This document shows positions 1 through 9,586 of a DNA stretch of 64,000 bases, in pieces (position 1 is the first letter of the stretch; each line of letters starts with the position of its first letter). The stretch comes from a virus. Taxonomy: Duplodnaviria > Caudoviricetes. The notes beneath the pieces were generated by a model, which did not search any database, had not been told where the DNA came from, and worked only from the letters and a program-made list of their open reading frames with translations. The position numbers were made by a program, and so were the translations under genes. The stretch lies in IMG/VR virus record IMGVR_UViG_3300020450_000008; one strand, written 5' to 3'.

Positions 1-2
1 CT

Positions 3-1361
3 GCTTTTGATCCACCGACTGCTCCTCTTACAGCCATAACAAATACAAAACTTTTACTACCATTTACAGATTCTAAAATCTTTGATGCCTCACAAGGAGT
101 AGGACCACTAGCTGCTGAAGTTCAAACAATTGTTACTATAGGAGACGGTGCAGTAGCATCTACCGGCCAACAACACTTTTCAGAAAACACAATATATTTT
201 GATGGAAGTAACGACTATGTTGATATAAGCCAACCTATTGTAGGACTTGAAGATCATACTCATGAAGCGTGGGTATATCCAACTGCTGGTGATGCAACTT
301 ATAAAGGTTTCTTTGCATCAGCATCTACAGGCAGTGGTGCTGGTATAACAGTAGCAAAAGATAAGGCAATTGGACCACAAGGAGGATCGTCAGATTTAAT
401 AGTATTCAATCCAGTTGTACCTGATAATGAATGGAGCCATGTTGTTTTGCAAAGACAAAGTGGAAATCATTCTCTTTATAGAAACGGAGTACTTCAAGGA
501 AATTCAGCTCAAGCTGTAGATTTTAGTAATACATCTATAAGAATGGGATCGAGATATTACGATAATACAAATAGGATGTTTGGTGGATACATACATGATT
601 TTAGAGTTAGCAAAGGTTTAGCTCGTTATCCTTACATATCAAAACCTGTAACACTGACTCAAACTAATTCTGGTATGGAAAAACCAGATGGTACAACTCC
701 TACAGCAACTGCATCGAATACTAAACTACTTGCATTTACTACTTCAACAATTACAAATGATGCGTCTGCCAGTAATCATACTCTTACATCTGCTGGTTCA
801 TCTGCGGCTGAGGCTGTACGTACTCCAGCAACTGGAATGCATTCAGTGTACATTCCTAATGGTGATACAGATATTATAAGTGCAGCAGCTTCATCTGATC
901 ATCAAATTTATGGTGGCGATTATACTGTAGAGGCATGGTTATATGTGACTTCATTTAATTCTCATGGATATTGGATCTCTAAAGGTGGTAATACTACTAG
1001 AGAATGGGGTTTTGGAGTTACAGCAGCTGGTCTCACTACTTATTGGAATACAACAGGCTCAGGTGGGGCAGGTGATACTAGTTATATAGCACCGGTTACT
1101 AACATAACACATGAATGGTTTCACGTAGCTTTCACTAAATCCAGTAATACATTAACTACTTTTAAAAATGGTAATATTCTAGGTAGTGGAACTTTTACTT
1201 CAATATACGGCGGCAATGGCACGTTGAAAATAGGAAGGTTGATGGATTATACCGGCATCGCACATTCATTCAATGGTTATATAAGCAATTTACGTATAAT
1301 AAAAGGCCAAGCAATATATTCTGCCAACTTTACTCCACCAACAACTGCATTTAAAGCATAA
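3..1361 (+). CDS. LamG/concanavalin A-like domain structural (tail fibre-type) protein, 5' partial
   Basis: Frame 3 is open from the window start (AFDPPTAPLTAITNTKLLLPF...FDGSNDY...HTHEAWVYP); repeated LamG-type motifs (YTVEAWLY, WFHVAFTK, FNGYISNLRIIKG..Y..NFTPPT). Confidence 0.75.
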   Translation, partial: AFDPPTAPLTAITNTKLLLPFTDSKIFDASQGVGPLAAEVQTIVTIGDGAVASTGQQHFSENTIYFDGSNDYVDISQPIVGLEDHTHEAWVYPTAGDATYKGFFASASTGSGAGITVAKDKAIGPQGGSSDLIVFNPVVPDNEWSHVVLQRQSGNHSLYRNGVLQGNSAQAVDFSNTSIRMGSRYYDNTNRMFGGYIHDFRVSKGLARYPYISKPVTLTQTNSGMEKPDGTTPTATASNTKLLAFTTSTITNDASASNHTLTSAGSSAAEAVRTPATGMHSVYIPNGDTDIISAAASSDHQIYGGDYTVEAWLYVTSFNSHGYWISKGGNTTREWGFGVTAAGLTTYWNTTGSGGAGDTSYIAPVTNITHEWFHVAFTKSSNTLTTFKNGNILGSGTFTSIYGGNGTLKIGRLMDYTGIAHSFNGYISNLRIIKGQAIYSANFTPPTTAFKA

Positions 1362-1411
1362 CATTTTTGTAACACAATTAAATTATTTTTAAAAAATCAA
1401 TGATTTAATCG

Positions 1412-1440
1412 TTTACAAATAATGGATTTTTATATATAAT
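1412..1440 (+). promoter_or_regulatory. sigma70/T4 early-type promoter upstream of RNR
   Basis: TTTACA (1412-1417), 17 nt spacer, TATAAT (1435-1440). Confidence 0.7.
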
Positions 1441-1483
1441 AGTACTAAGAATTAATAATCAGTAAATACAGAAGGGACATGCG

Positions 1484-3700
1484 ATGCAAACAACGTTTGT
1501 TGATACAAGGAAGCTTTTGTCCGAAGCTAAGTTTTATGACGGCTATTCGAGATTCAATGATGAGCAAGAAAGATATGAGACTTGGGATGAAGCAGTAGAC
1601 AGAGTAATGAGTATGCACGAAGGGTTTTACTCATCCAAAATGAATAAAATAACAGAGTACGTAGAAGAAGCAAGAGATGCCTATAAACAACAATACGTGT
1701 TAGGTGCACAAAGAGCTCTACAATTCGGTGGAGAGCAAATATTAAAACATCAGATGAGAATGTACAACTGTACTTCTTCTTATGCTGATAGGCCGGAATT
1801 CTTTGGAGAAGTATTTTATATTCTCCTTTGTGGTGCAGGTGCTGGATTCTCAGTACAGAAACATCACGTTAAAAAATTACCAAAGATACAAGCAAGATCA
1901 AAACAACCAAAGACACATGTGGTAGAAGATTCAATTGAGGGTTGGGCTACTGCAGTAGACGTTTTATTATCATCGTATTTTGTAAATGGTGGTAAGTATT
2001 CAGAGTATGCAGGACGAAGAGTATACTTTGATTTGTCACAGATAAGACCAAAGGGTGCAAAAATATCTGGTGGATTTAAAGCGCCAGGACCAGACGGTTT
2101 AAGACTTGCACTTGATAAAATTGAACACTTATTGCAAGCAGAAATTATTGATACTAAAGATCCTAAGAAGTTAAGACCTATTCAGGTGTATGACATTGTC
2201 ATGTATACAGCAGATGCTGTATTAAGTGGCGGTGTACGTAGATCTGCAACTATCTGTCTTTTCTCACCTGATGATGAAGAAATGATGAATGCTAAAACTG
2301 GTAACTGGTTTATGGATAACCCACAAAGAGGAAGATCAAATAACTCGGCGGTTATTGTGAGAGATGAATCTTCACCAGAAGAGTTTAATAAACTTATGCA
2401 AAGTGTTAGACAATTTGGTGAGCCAGGTTTTGTTTTTGTTAACTCAAAAGAACATACAACAAATCCATGTGTTGAGATCGGAATGTTTCCACAGATCAAA
2501 GGAAAGTCTGGTTGGCAAGGATGTAATTTAACGGAGATTAACGGTGGAAAATGCACATCAAAAGAAGAGTTCTTCAAGGCTTGCAGGGCCGCGTCTATTC
2601 TTGGTACTTTACAAGCTGGATATACAGATTTCAAATTTCTTAGTTCGACTAGTAAAAAGATATTTGACAGAGAAGCACTGATAGGTGCATCAATTACAGG
2701 TTGGATGAATAATCCAGATGTTCTATTTGATGCAGAAGTATTGGAGGAAGGAGCTCGAATTGTTAAAGAAGTTAATAGAGAGGTTGCGGAAGCTATTGGA
2801 ATCAATCCTGCGGCCAGGACCACGTGTGTAAAACCTTCAGGAAACGCTTCAGTATTATTACAAACTGGATCAGGTATCCATGCAGAACATTCTGAAATGT
2901 ATATCAGAAATGTACAAATGACAAAAGATTCAGAAGTTACTGCTGCAATTAAAGCTTCTAATCCTTTTATGGTTGAAGACTCTGTATGGTCAGCAACTGG
3001 ATCAGATGTTGTTGTTTCATTTCCTATTCTGCCAAAAGAAGGTTCAATATTTAAAGATGAACTATTAGGCGTAGATCATTTAGAAAAAGTAAAGCTAGCA
3101 CAAAAGCATTGGGTTGAAGCTGGTACAAATATTGAACTATGTGCAGATGAAGGAGTAAGACACAACGTTTCGAATACAATCATAGTTGATGACTGGGATA
3201 AAGTTGAAAAGTATGTTTTTGAAAACAGAAACTCTTTTGCTGGAATCTCATTTCTACCAATGACAGGTGATAAAGACTACAATCAGGCTCCAAACACTGC
3301 AGTTATTTCTGCCAAAGACATGGTAAAGAAATATGATACAGCAGCAATATTTGCATCAGGATTAGTAGTTGATGGTTTAGATGCATTTGATAACTTATGG
3401 AATGCTTGTTCAACAGCTCAAGGTATGGGTGAAGATCTATCTCTTGAAACATCTGACAATGCTATCAAAAAAGATTGGGTAAGAAGGTTTAATTCTTTTG
3501 CTGAAAATTATTTAGATGGCGATCTTAAGCAAGCGGAATATTGTTTAAAAGATTCTTATCTATTACATAAATGGAATAAGATTAATAAAAACTTTAAACC
3601 AATTACTTGGGAAAATGATCTTACTGAAAAGAAATATACCGAAGTTGATACCTTAGGTGCTGCTGCATGTGCTGGTGGTGGATGTGAAATCGACTTCTAA
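1484..3700 (+). CDS. nrdJ: Class II (adenosylcobalamin-dependent, monomeric RTPR-type) ribonucleotide reductase
   Basis: MYNC, LLCGAGAGFSV, DSIEGW, IRPKGAKISGG, SGGVRRSA, NPCVEI finger loop, GCNLTE, TTCVKPSG and C-terminal CAGGGC; no beta subunit adjacent. Confidence 0.85.
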   Translation: MQTTFVDTRKLLSEAKFYDGYSRFNDEQERYETWDEAVDRVMSMHEGFYSSKMNKITEYVEEARDAYKQQYVLGAQRALQFGGEQILKHQMRMYNCTSSYADRPEFFGEVFYILLCGAGAGFSVQKHHVKKLPKIQARSKQPKTHVVEDSIEGWATAVDVLLSSYFVNGGKYSEYAGRRVYFDLSQIRPKGAKISGGFKAPGPDGLRLALDKIEHLLQAEIIDTKDPKKLRPIQVYDIVMYTADAVLSGGVRRSATICLFSPDDEEMMNAKTGNWFMDNPQRGRSNNSAVIVRDESSPEEFNKLMQSVRQFGEPGFVFVNSKEHTTNPCVEIGMFPQIKGKSGWQGCNLTEINGGKCTSKEEFFKACRAASILGTLQAGYTDFKFLSSTSKKIFDREALIGASITGWMNNPDVLFDAEVLEEGARIVKEVNREVAEAIGINPAARTTCVKPSGNASVLLQTGSGIHAEHSEMYIRNVQMTKDSEVTAAIKASNPFMVEDSVWSATGSDVVVSFPILPKEGSIFKDELLGVDHLEKVKLAQKHWVEAGTNIELCADEGVRHNVSNTIIVDDWDKVEKYVFENRNSFAGISFLPMTGDKDYNQAPNTAVISAKDMVKKYDTAAIFASGLVVDGLDAFDNLWNACSTAQGMGEDLSLETSDNAIKKDWVRRFNSFAENYLDGDLKQAEYCLKDSYLLHKWNKINKNFKPITWENDLTEKKYTEVDTLGAAACAGGGCEIDF

Positions 3701-3846
3701 TGTCTATTATAAAAGTATATCTCATTGAGTGTGAGTACTGTGAAGCTGAATCGCACATAACTTCGCAGTACGAACCTCAATACTGTCCTAACTGTTCCAC
3801 AGAAATAAATGCAGAACATATTAAAGACATTGATGAGGAAGATTAA
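3700..3846 (+). CDS. Small zinc-ribbon protein (48 aa)
   Basis: ATG overlaps the RNR stop (TAATG); MSIIKVYLIECEYCEAESHITSQYEPQYCPNCSTEINAEHIKDIDEED with two CxxC; too short for the ORF track. Confidence 0.7.
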   Translation: MSIIKVYLIECEYCEAESHITSQYEPQYCPNCSTEINAEHIKDIDEED

Positions 3847-3860
3847 CGATATATAATATT

Positions 3861-4283
3861 ATGTGGTATTATGAAGATAAGATATTTGATCCTGAAAAAC
3901 ATTCTCATCACAATTATGCTGGATTTGTTTACATCATAACAGATTTATCTAATCAAAAGAAATATGTTGGAAAGAAACTTTTTTGGAAGATTCATAAACT
4001 TAAGCCTTTAAAAGGAAAAGTTAACAAGCGTCATTCTAAAAGAGATTCTGATTGGCAAGATTATTTTGGATCTAATGATGAAGTAAAACTACTTGTAGAA
4101 CAGAGTGGTAAAGAAAGGTTTAAAAGGGAGATAATAAGACTCTGCAAGACTAAAGGTGAAATGACATACTTTGAGATGAAAGAGCAAATTGATAGGAAAG
4201 TTTTATTTGACGATAAATACTATAACGAGTTTATTGGTGGAAAGATACACTCAAAACATCTTAAAGGAATAGAAAATGCATGA
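3861..4283 (+). CDS. GIY-YIG family nuclease (T4 DenA/NrdA.1-like)
   Basis: GFVYIITDLSNQKKYVGKK, WQDYFGS, FKREIIRLC..KGEMTYFE, YYNEFI. Confidence 0.7.
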   Translation: MWYYEDKIFDPEKHSHHNYAGFVYIITDLSNQKKYVGKKLFWKIHKLKPLKGKVNKRHSKRDSDWQDYFGSNDEVKLLVEQSGKERFKREIIRLCKTKGEMTYFEMKEQIDRKVLFDDKYYNEFIGGKIHSKHLKGIENA

Positions 4284-4674
4284 ATATAAAGCTAAAGTAA
4301 TTAAAGTCGTCGATGGAGATACTATTGATGTAGATTTAGATCTTGGTTTCGGTATATGGTTAAGAAATGAAAGAGTAAGACTATACGGTATTGATACTCC
4401 AGAATCAAGAACTAGCGACAAAGAAGAAAAAAAATATGGTAAGGCTGCGGCAGCTTTCTTAAAGAAATGGATAAGTGCCGGTGGTGTAAAAATTAAAACA
4501 CATAAAGACGCAAAAGGAAAGTTTGGTAGAATACTTGGAGAGGTCTGGTGTTTTGATACAAACGTGAATCAAAAGATGATTGAAGAACATCATGCTGTGG
4601 AATATCATGGGCAGTCAAAAGAAGACATTGCAGAACAACATTTAGAAAATAGAAAGAAGGTGATATTGGAATGA
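4276..4674 (+). CDS. Thermonuclease (SNase-like)
   Basis: VIKVVDGDTIDV, RVRLYGIDTPE, KFGRILGEV, VNQKMIEEHHA. Confidence 0.9.
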   Translation: MHEYKAKVIKVVDGDTIDVDLDLGFGIWLRNERVRLYGIDTPESRTSDKEEKKYGKAAAAFLKKWISAGGVKIKTHKDAKGKFGRILGEVWCFDTNVNQKMIEEHHAVEYHGQSKEDIAEQHLENRKKVILE

Positions 4675-4934
4675 GTTATTGGTTGATGGTAGTTATCTTT
4701 GCAGGAGTATATGCAGATGGAACTCAAGAGGCTTATATATTTAAAGAGCCACATTATCATTCATTGAATGAATGTGTTAGCGCAGCAAATGATCCGAAAC
4801 AAATACCAGCATTCGCGAAGAAGCTAGTGACTGAATATGGCAGAATGATGGATATACAAAAGATCGTATGTGCTACTCAAGAAGACGTAATCAAGACATT
4901 TGGTGCTCAGTACGGAGTAGGAGAACCTGCGTAA
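4671..4934 (+). CDS. Hypothetical protein
   Basis: ORF coupled to the upstream gene (ATGA overlap). Confidence 0.65.
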   Translation: MSYWLMVVIFAGVYADGTQEAYIFKEPHYHSLNECVSAANDPKQIPAFAKKLVTEYGRMMDIQKIVCATQEDVIKTFGAQYGVGEPA

Positions 4935-4942
4935 ATTAATTG

Positions 4943-4971
4943 TTTACATTTAATTAAATTTATGTTATAAT
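4943..4971 (+). promoter_or_regulatory. sigma70/T4 early-type promoter
   Basis: TTTACA-17 nt-TATAAT. Confidence 0.7.
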
Positions 4972-4996
4972 AATACTATTATTGAAAGGAGTTATT

Positions 4997-5083
4997 ATGG
5001 AATTTTTTCTAGGTTTAGTTATTGGTGCAGCAGTTGTATACGCTATATGGTGGGTCAGAGATAGGTTTAATAATATACCATGA
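4997..5083 (+). CDS. Small single-TM membrane peptide (28 aa)
   Basis: Strong SD (GAAAGGAG); MEFFLGLVIGAAVVYAIWWVRDRFNNIP; stop overlaps the rnh ATG. Confidence 0.6.
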   Translation: MEFFLGLVIGAAVVYAIWWVRDRFNNIP

Positions 5084-5931
5084 TTTTAATTGATTATAAT
5101 GCAGTGGCTATAGGTAATCTTGTAGTCCAAAGATTAGATGTTGAAGAAAATTTATTAAGACATATGATCTTAAATTCAATTCGTATGTACAGACAAAAGT
5201 TTCAAAACGAATATGGGGAAGTCGTAATCGTTGCTGATGGTCAAGCAAACTGGCGTCGTGATGTATTTCCTCAATACAAATACAAAAGAAGAAAAAGCCG
5301 CGATGAATCAAAGATAGATTGGAATGAAGCTTTTAGAATTATTAATATGGTAAGAGATGAAATAAGAGATCACTTTCCATATAAAGTCATGCACGAACCA
5401 AACTGTGAAGCGGATGATGTTATTGCTAAACTTGCTTTAGAAACTCAAGAGTTTGGAAAGCATGAACCTGTTATGATAATATCAGCTGATCATGATTTCA
5501 TTCAATTACATAAGTACGATAATATTAAACAGTATTCTCCTATGTTGAAGAAATTTGTTAAGGATAAAAATCCAAGGTTATATTCCATGACTCATATATT
5601 TAAAGGCGATGGCGGTGATGGTGTACCCAATGTATTATCAGACGATAATGTATTTGTTGATGATCGTAGACAAACACCCGTTACTAAAAAGAAACTTGAT
5701 ACTTGGCTTGAAGCTGAAGATCTTCAAAAGGTTATGGGTGACACAATCTATAGAAATTATTTACGCAATAAAAAAATGATAGATTTAACAGAAACTCCTG
5801 ATGCTATAAAAGAACAAATTATAAATAGTTTTGAGAATCAAGATCCTGGAAAAAATAAAGGAAAGGTTTTTCCTTATCTTGTTCGAAAAAGATGTAAACG
5901 TTTAGTCGAGTGTGTACAAGAATTTATATGA
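5080..5931 (+). CDS. rnh: T4-type RNase H (5'-3' exonuclease, FEN family)
   Basis: MILIDYN, WRRDVFPQYK..R, EADDVIA, ISADHDFIQL, KGDGGDGVPN, RNKKMIDL. Confidence 0.92.
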   Translation: MILIDYNAVAIGNLVVQRLDVEENLLRHMILNSIRMYRQKFQNEYGEVVIVADGQANWRRDVFPQYKYKRRKSRDESKIDWNEAFRIINMVRDEIRDHFPYKVMHEPNCEADDVIAKLALETQEFGKHEPVMIISADHDFIQLHKYDNIKQYSPMLKKFVKDKNPRLYSMTHIFKGDGGDGVPNVLSDDNVFVDDRRQTPVTKKKLDTWLEAEDLQKVMGDTIYRNYLRNKKMIDLTETPDAIKEQIINSFENQDPGKNKGKVFPYLVRKRCKRLVECVQEFI

Positions 5932-5943
5932 TAAAGGATTGAT

Positions 5944-6366
5944 ATGTATAAGTTAATATTTGAAATAATTGAAGAAACACAAAAAGCCAAATCGAAAGCT
6001 GATAAAATAAAAGTACTAAAAGATAACGAATCATGGGGACTTAAAGACGTATTAAGAGGTTCATATGACTCAACTGTAGTATGGAATCTTCCAGAGGGCA
6101 AACCTCCTTTCACACCTAATCTTCCTCAAAGCACACCTAGTGATTTACAAAGAAAAAATACACAATTTAAGTATTTTGTAAAAGGTGGAGCTGGAGATCA
6201 AATGATGAAACCTAAAAGAGAAAGATTGTTTATCGAGCTTTTAGAATCTATACACCCTAAAGACGCTGATTTAGTAATATCAATGATTGCTAAAAAAAGC
6301 ATTAAAGGAATCAATAGAAAACTTATAGATGAGGCTTTTCCAGGTTTATTAAAAGATTCTCAGTAA
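5944..6366 (+). CDS. Conserved T4-like phage hypothetical protein
   Basis: LPEGKPPF, KRERLFIELLESIHPKDA pattern typical of the gene following rnh in marine T4-like phages. Confidence 0.7.
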   Translation: MYKLIFEIIEETQKAKSKADKIKVLKDNESWGLKDVLRGSYDSTVVWNLPEGKPPFTPNLPQSTPSDLQRKNTQFKYFVKGGAGDQMMKPKRERLFIELLESIHPKDADLVISMIAKKSIKGINRKLIDEAFPGLLKDSQ

Positions 6367-6560
6367 TGTTAACCTTTAACCTTTGGAGAGTATGTATGAC
6401 CCAAGATCAAATAGCAAGACTTCAAAATGATTCTAAAGAATTAGAAACTTTCGCACGACAAATGAAAAAGGAAGGAAGAGTAGATTTGGTCGAAAAAATT
6501 AGAGCTAAGAAACGCCATGTTGACGAACACATTGAAAAATATACGGATAAAGCCGCATAA
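6366..6560 (+). CDS. Hypothetical protein (start may be 6396)
   Basis: ORF in operon; GGAG precedes ATG 6396. Confidence 0.6.
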   Translation: MLTFNLWRVCMTQDQIARLQNDSKELETFARQMKKEGRVDLVEKIRAKKRHVDEHIEKYTDKAA

Positions 6561-6563
6561 AGG

Positions 6564-6592
6564 GTTTACAAACAACAAAAAATTTGATATAA
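6564..6592 (+). promoter_or_regulatory. sigma70/T4 early-type promoter
   Basis: TTTACA-17 nt-TATAAT. Confidence 0.7.
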
Positions 6593-6599
6593 TTATATT

Positions 6600-7175
6600 A
6601 TGAACATATTTATTTTAGATGAAGATCCAGTAATCGCTGCGCGTATGCTTTGTGATAGGCATATACCAAAGATGATTGTTGAATCCGCTCAAATGCTATC
6701 GACGGCTCATCGGCTACTCGATGGTTCGCCCACTAAACGCAGATCTCGATCAGGTAAGACAATACAAACTTACTATGAATTTAAAGATGCGCGTGATGAA
6801 TTGTACTATACTGCAGTTCATAAACATCACCCTTGCACTACTTGGACCATGGCATCAATTGAAAACTATAATTGGCACTATGGGCATTTTGCTGAAATGT
6901 CTAAAGAATTTACATTTCGTAGACAAAAAAATCATGCAACTTGGGAAAAGATTGGTGTAATACTTGCAGCTCCGCCAATAAATATACCGAAGATCAAAAG
7001 AACCGAGTTTGCGCAAGCAATGAGTCATTATCCAGAATGTAAAGTAGAAGGTGATGCAGTGCAAGCTTATCGTAACTATTATCACAGAGCTAAACCATTT
7101 GCCAAATGGGAATGGGGTCGAGAAGCTCCTAACTGGTGGAAAGGATTTCAAGGTGCCGAATTACACGCTACGTAA
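6600..7175 (+). CDS. Pyrimidine dimer DNA glycosylase family (DenV-like)
   Basis: MNIFILDEDP..AA..LCDRHIPKMIVESAQMLSTAH, HHPCT.W, AYRNYY..KPFAKW. Confidence 0.8.
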   Translation: MNIFILDEDPVIAARMLCDRHIPKMIVESAQMLSTAHRLLDGSPTKRRSRSGKTIQTYYEFKDARDELYYTAVHKHHPCTTWTMASIENYNWHYGHFAEMSKEFTFRRQKNHATWEKIGVILAAPPINIPKIKRTEFAQAMSHYPECKVEGDAVQAYRNYYHRAKPFAKWEWGREAPNWWKGFQGAELHAT

Positions 7176-7392
7176 CATCAAAACAAAAGAAAAAATTATT
7201 GTCAATTGTACATATACACAATTGCAAGATAAATTAATGGCTGACTCAGATCTAGTTCAAATGCTAGTGATGCCAGCTATAGTGGGAGGCATTGGAAACT
7301 CTCATGCAAATTCAAAAACTAGTGATGGATGGAAAGATCATCTAAATAGAATCAAACAAGGATCTGGAAAAAATAATACTATAAAGGTGTAA
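7153..7392 (+). CDS. Conserved T4-like hypothetical (MPxY-type, FmdB-like N-terminus)
   Basis: GTG start at 7153: MPNYTLRNIKT...DGWKDHLNRIK. Confidence 0.6.
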   Translation: MPNYTLRNIKTKEKIIVNCTYTQLQDKLMADSDLVQMLVMPAIVGGIGNSHANSKTSDGWKDHLNRIKQGSGKNNTIKV

Positions 7393-7393
7393 A

Positions 7394-7747
7394 ATGGAAA
7401 AAGTGACATTTGAAGATGTTGGCGGTGACATCGTTAAAGAAGATGAAAGATATACTGTCAAAGATAATAAGTTATTAAAAAATTTAGTATTAAGCTCAAC
7501 TAAATTAAATCCTAATATGAGTACTACTGGCCACAAACATCAAGGTCAAGAAGAAGTGTATTTATTTTTAAATGGTACAGGTACTATACAGCTTGATCAA
7601 AAAACTGTCGATGTTCAAAAGGGTGATGTGGTATTAATTCAAGATGGTGTCTTTCATAAAGTAAACGCTAATTCCGATGGACTAGATTTTATTTGTGTAT
7701 TTGATGGTCAAAGGTATGATCATGTTGCGTGTCTTGGTTACGACTAA
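7394..7747 (+). CDS. Cupin domain protein
   Basis: HKHQGQEEVYLFLNGTG, GDVVLIQDGVFHKV cupin metal motifs. Confidence 0.85.
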   Translation: MEKVTFEDVGGDIVKEDERYTVKDNKLLKNLVLSSTKLNPNMSTTGHKHQGQEEVYLFLNGTGTIQLDQKTVDVQKGDVVLIQDGVFHKVNANSDGLDFICVFDGQRYDHVACLGYD

Positions 7748-8061
7748 TGACAATAATGCCGTTGACACAAAAGGTAATTGATGCTTTGAGATGTGTACAT
7801 GATCCTGAAATTCCAAGTATAAGTGTATTAGATCTAGGGCTGATATATGAATTAGATGTTAGTGAAGATGGTGATGTTTATATAAAACATACTCTTACAA
7901 GTATGATGTGTCCTTTTGCTGATCAAATCTGTAAAGATATTGAAGAAGCTCCAAAAGGTGTTGTTGGTGTCAGATCTGTAAAAAGAGAGTTAGTTTATAA
8001 TCCTCCTTTTAGTATGGATATGGTTCCGGAAGATACAAAAATTATTATGGGTTGGGATTGA
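7747..8061 (+). CDS. SufT/DUF59 (MIP18 family) Fe-S cluster assembly protein
   Basis: VIDALRCVHDPEIP.ISVLDLGLIY, TLTSMMCP, VYNPPFSMDM. Confidence 0.85.
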   Translation: MTIMPLTQKVIDALRCVHDPEIPSISVLDLGLIYELDVSEDGDVYIKHTLTSMMCPFADQICKDIEEAPKGVVGVRSVKRELVYNPPFSMDMVPEDTKIIMGWD

Positions 8062-8738
8062 AAAAAAGTAATCAATTAAAAGTAGCTCTTGATGAATTGG
8101 AGCAAATTGAACCTGTAACTGAAAATCAAAAGAAAGCTTTTGAGGCATGGGAAGAAGGACATAATATAGTTCTGTCTGGAAGTGCTGGAACAGGTAAAAC
8201 CTTTATCGCACTATATTTAGCATTTAGTAAGATGCTTAAGTATGAGCAGTACAATAAACTTCTCATAGTCAGATCAATGGTTTCAACAAGAGATGGTGGG
8301 CATCTTCCAGGAACTAAAGAAGAAAAAGAAGAACCTTACAAAGCTCCATATAAATCTATTTGTGGCGAATTATTTGGTTATGATGGTGCTTGGGGAAAAC
8401 TAACAACAACAAAATCAGTAGGATTTGAAACTACATCTTTTATTAGAGGTGTAACTTTTGATAGAACTATACTGATTGTTGATGAAATGCAAAACATGAA
8501 CTTTCATGAACTTGATTCTATAATAACTAGAATAGGAAATGATTGTAAGATTATATTTTGTGGAGATCATAATCAAACTGACTTTACACGTAAAGATGAA
8601 AAAGATGGAATAATTAAATTCATATCTTTAATAGAACAAATGAGATTCTTTAGAGTTATTAACTTTGGTTGGATTGACATTGTTAGATCAGACTTTGTTA
8701 GAGATTATATAATGACAAAGGAGATGATGGGCTTTTGA
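8052..8738 (+). CDS. phoH: PhoH-like ATPase
   Basis: GSAGTGKT, GHLPG, FIRGVTF, IVDEMQN, IFCGDHNQTD, DIVRSDFV. Confidence 0.92.
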   Translation: MGLKKSNQLKVALDELEQIEPVTENQKKAFEAWEEGHNIVLSGSAGTGKTFIALYLAFSKMLKYEQYNKLLIVRSMVSTRDGGHLPGTKEEKEEPYKAPYKSICGELFGYDGAWGKLTTTKSVGFETTSFIRGVTFDRTILIVDEMQNMNFHELDSIITRIGNDCKIIFCGDHNQTDFTRKDEKDGIIKFISLIEQMRFFRVINFGWIDIVRSDFVRDYIMTKEMMGF

Positions 8739-8908
8739 GGAGAGGAAGAAAAAAAGAACCAAGAGAATATGTTGAAATGAGAATGAAACAACTTATGGAA
8801 GAAAGACAAAAGGCAAACGATAAAATGACACGAATGTGGTTATGGAAATGCGCTGAAGAATTAAAATGGGTCTTACAGGTTATTGATGGTACAAAAAAAG
8901 ATAAATGA
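8735..8908 (+). CDS. Hypothetical protein
   Basis: TTG overlapping the phoH stop; MRRGRKKEPREYVEMRMKQLMEERQKA...ELKWVLQVI; fills an otherwise empty gap. Confidence 0.5.
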   Translation: MRRGRKKEPREYVEMRMKQLMEERQKANDKMTRMWLWKCAEELKWVLQVIDGTKKDK

Positions 8909-9098
8909 AAGAATGGATATACTTCAGAACTGGATGGAAAACAATTATCATCTTAAACGTCCAGAAGTTGTAAAGGAACACATAGAATCTGTTTCTAAGT
9001 TTTGGTCAGTTTTATCAGAAGAAGACAGAGATTATATTCAAGGTTGTCAATATGCTATTGAAGAAAATATTGAATGGAAGTCAGATGACAAAAAATAG
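8883..9098 (+). CDS. Hypothetical protein
   Basis: ORF in operon. Confidence 0.6.
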   Translation: MMVQKKINERMDILQNWMENNYHLKRPEVVKEHIESVSKFWSVLSEEDRDYIQGCQYAIEENIEWKSDDKK

Positions 9099-9309
9099 TA
9101 AGATAGTATTTCTGACTGATCTCATAGAACAAAGGTTAAGAAAAGAAAGTGAAATAAAGTTTTATGAAGATCAACTAAAAGAAATACAAGATAAATTATT
9201 CTTTTTGAGAAAAGAGCAGGAACTAACAGTAACTATTATAGATATTTTAGAACAAGAAAAGATAATAGATTTTGAGTATGGTAAGGCAAAACTACTTGAT
9301 AAAGAGTAA
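9085..9309 (+). CDS. Hypothetical coiled-coil protein
   Basis: ORF track 9052..9309; ATG 9085 more likely. Confidence 0.6.
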   Translation: MTKNSKIVFLTDLIEQRLRKESEIKFYEDQLKEIQDKLFFLRKEQELTVTIIDILEQEKIIDFEYGKAKLLDKE

Positions 9310-9337
9310 ATTATATATAATACTAAGGAGAATTTAA

Positions 9338-9586
9338 ATGGTTATCATTTACGGTAGACCAGCATGTGGGTGGTGTGATAAAGCGATTGCCATTTGCAAA
9401 CAATATAGAATAGAATACGAGTATAAAAGTATAAGAAACGAAGATTTTAAGAATGAACTATTTGAAAAAATGCCAAACGCAAGAACCGTTCCTCAGATAT
9501 GGTGGAATGATAAACATATTGGTGGATTTTCAGAACTAGCAGAAGAAATAGATAACACAAGAGGAGGAGTCGAGAATGGCTTTTGA
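9338..9586 (+). CDS. Glutaredoxin (T4 NrdC-like)
   Basis: YGRPACGWC active site, RTVPQI, IGGFSEL; SD AAGGAG. Confidence 0.9.
   Translation: MVIIYGRPACGWCDKAIAICKQYRIEYEYKSIRNEDFKNELFEKMPNARTVPQIWWNDKHIGGFSELAEEIDNTRGGVENGF

Noticed and set aside
2182-2823. 213-aa minus-strand ORF inside nrdJ, and the many other antisense or alternate-frame ORFs in the track
   Set aside because: Fully nested in well-supported genes, with no SD or recognisable motifs; typical antisense shadows of coding sequence.
3861-4283. GIY-YIG gene as a mobile homing endonuclease or intron in nrdJ
   Set aside because: nrdJ is uninterrupted; the protein is short, lacks a DNA-binding extension and looks like the conserved NrdA.1/DenA-type gene.
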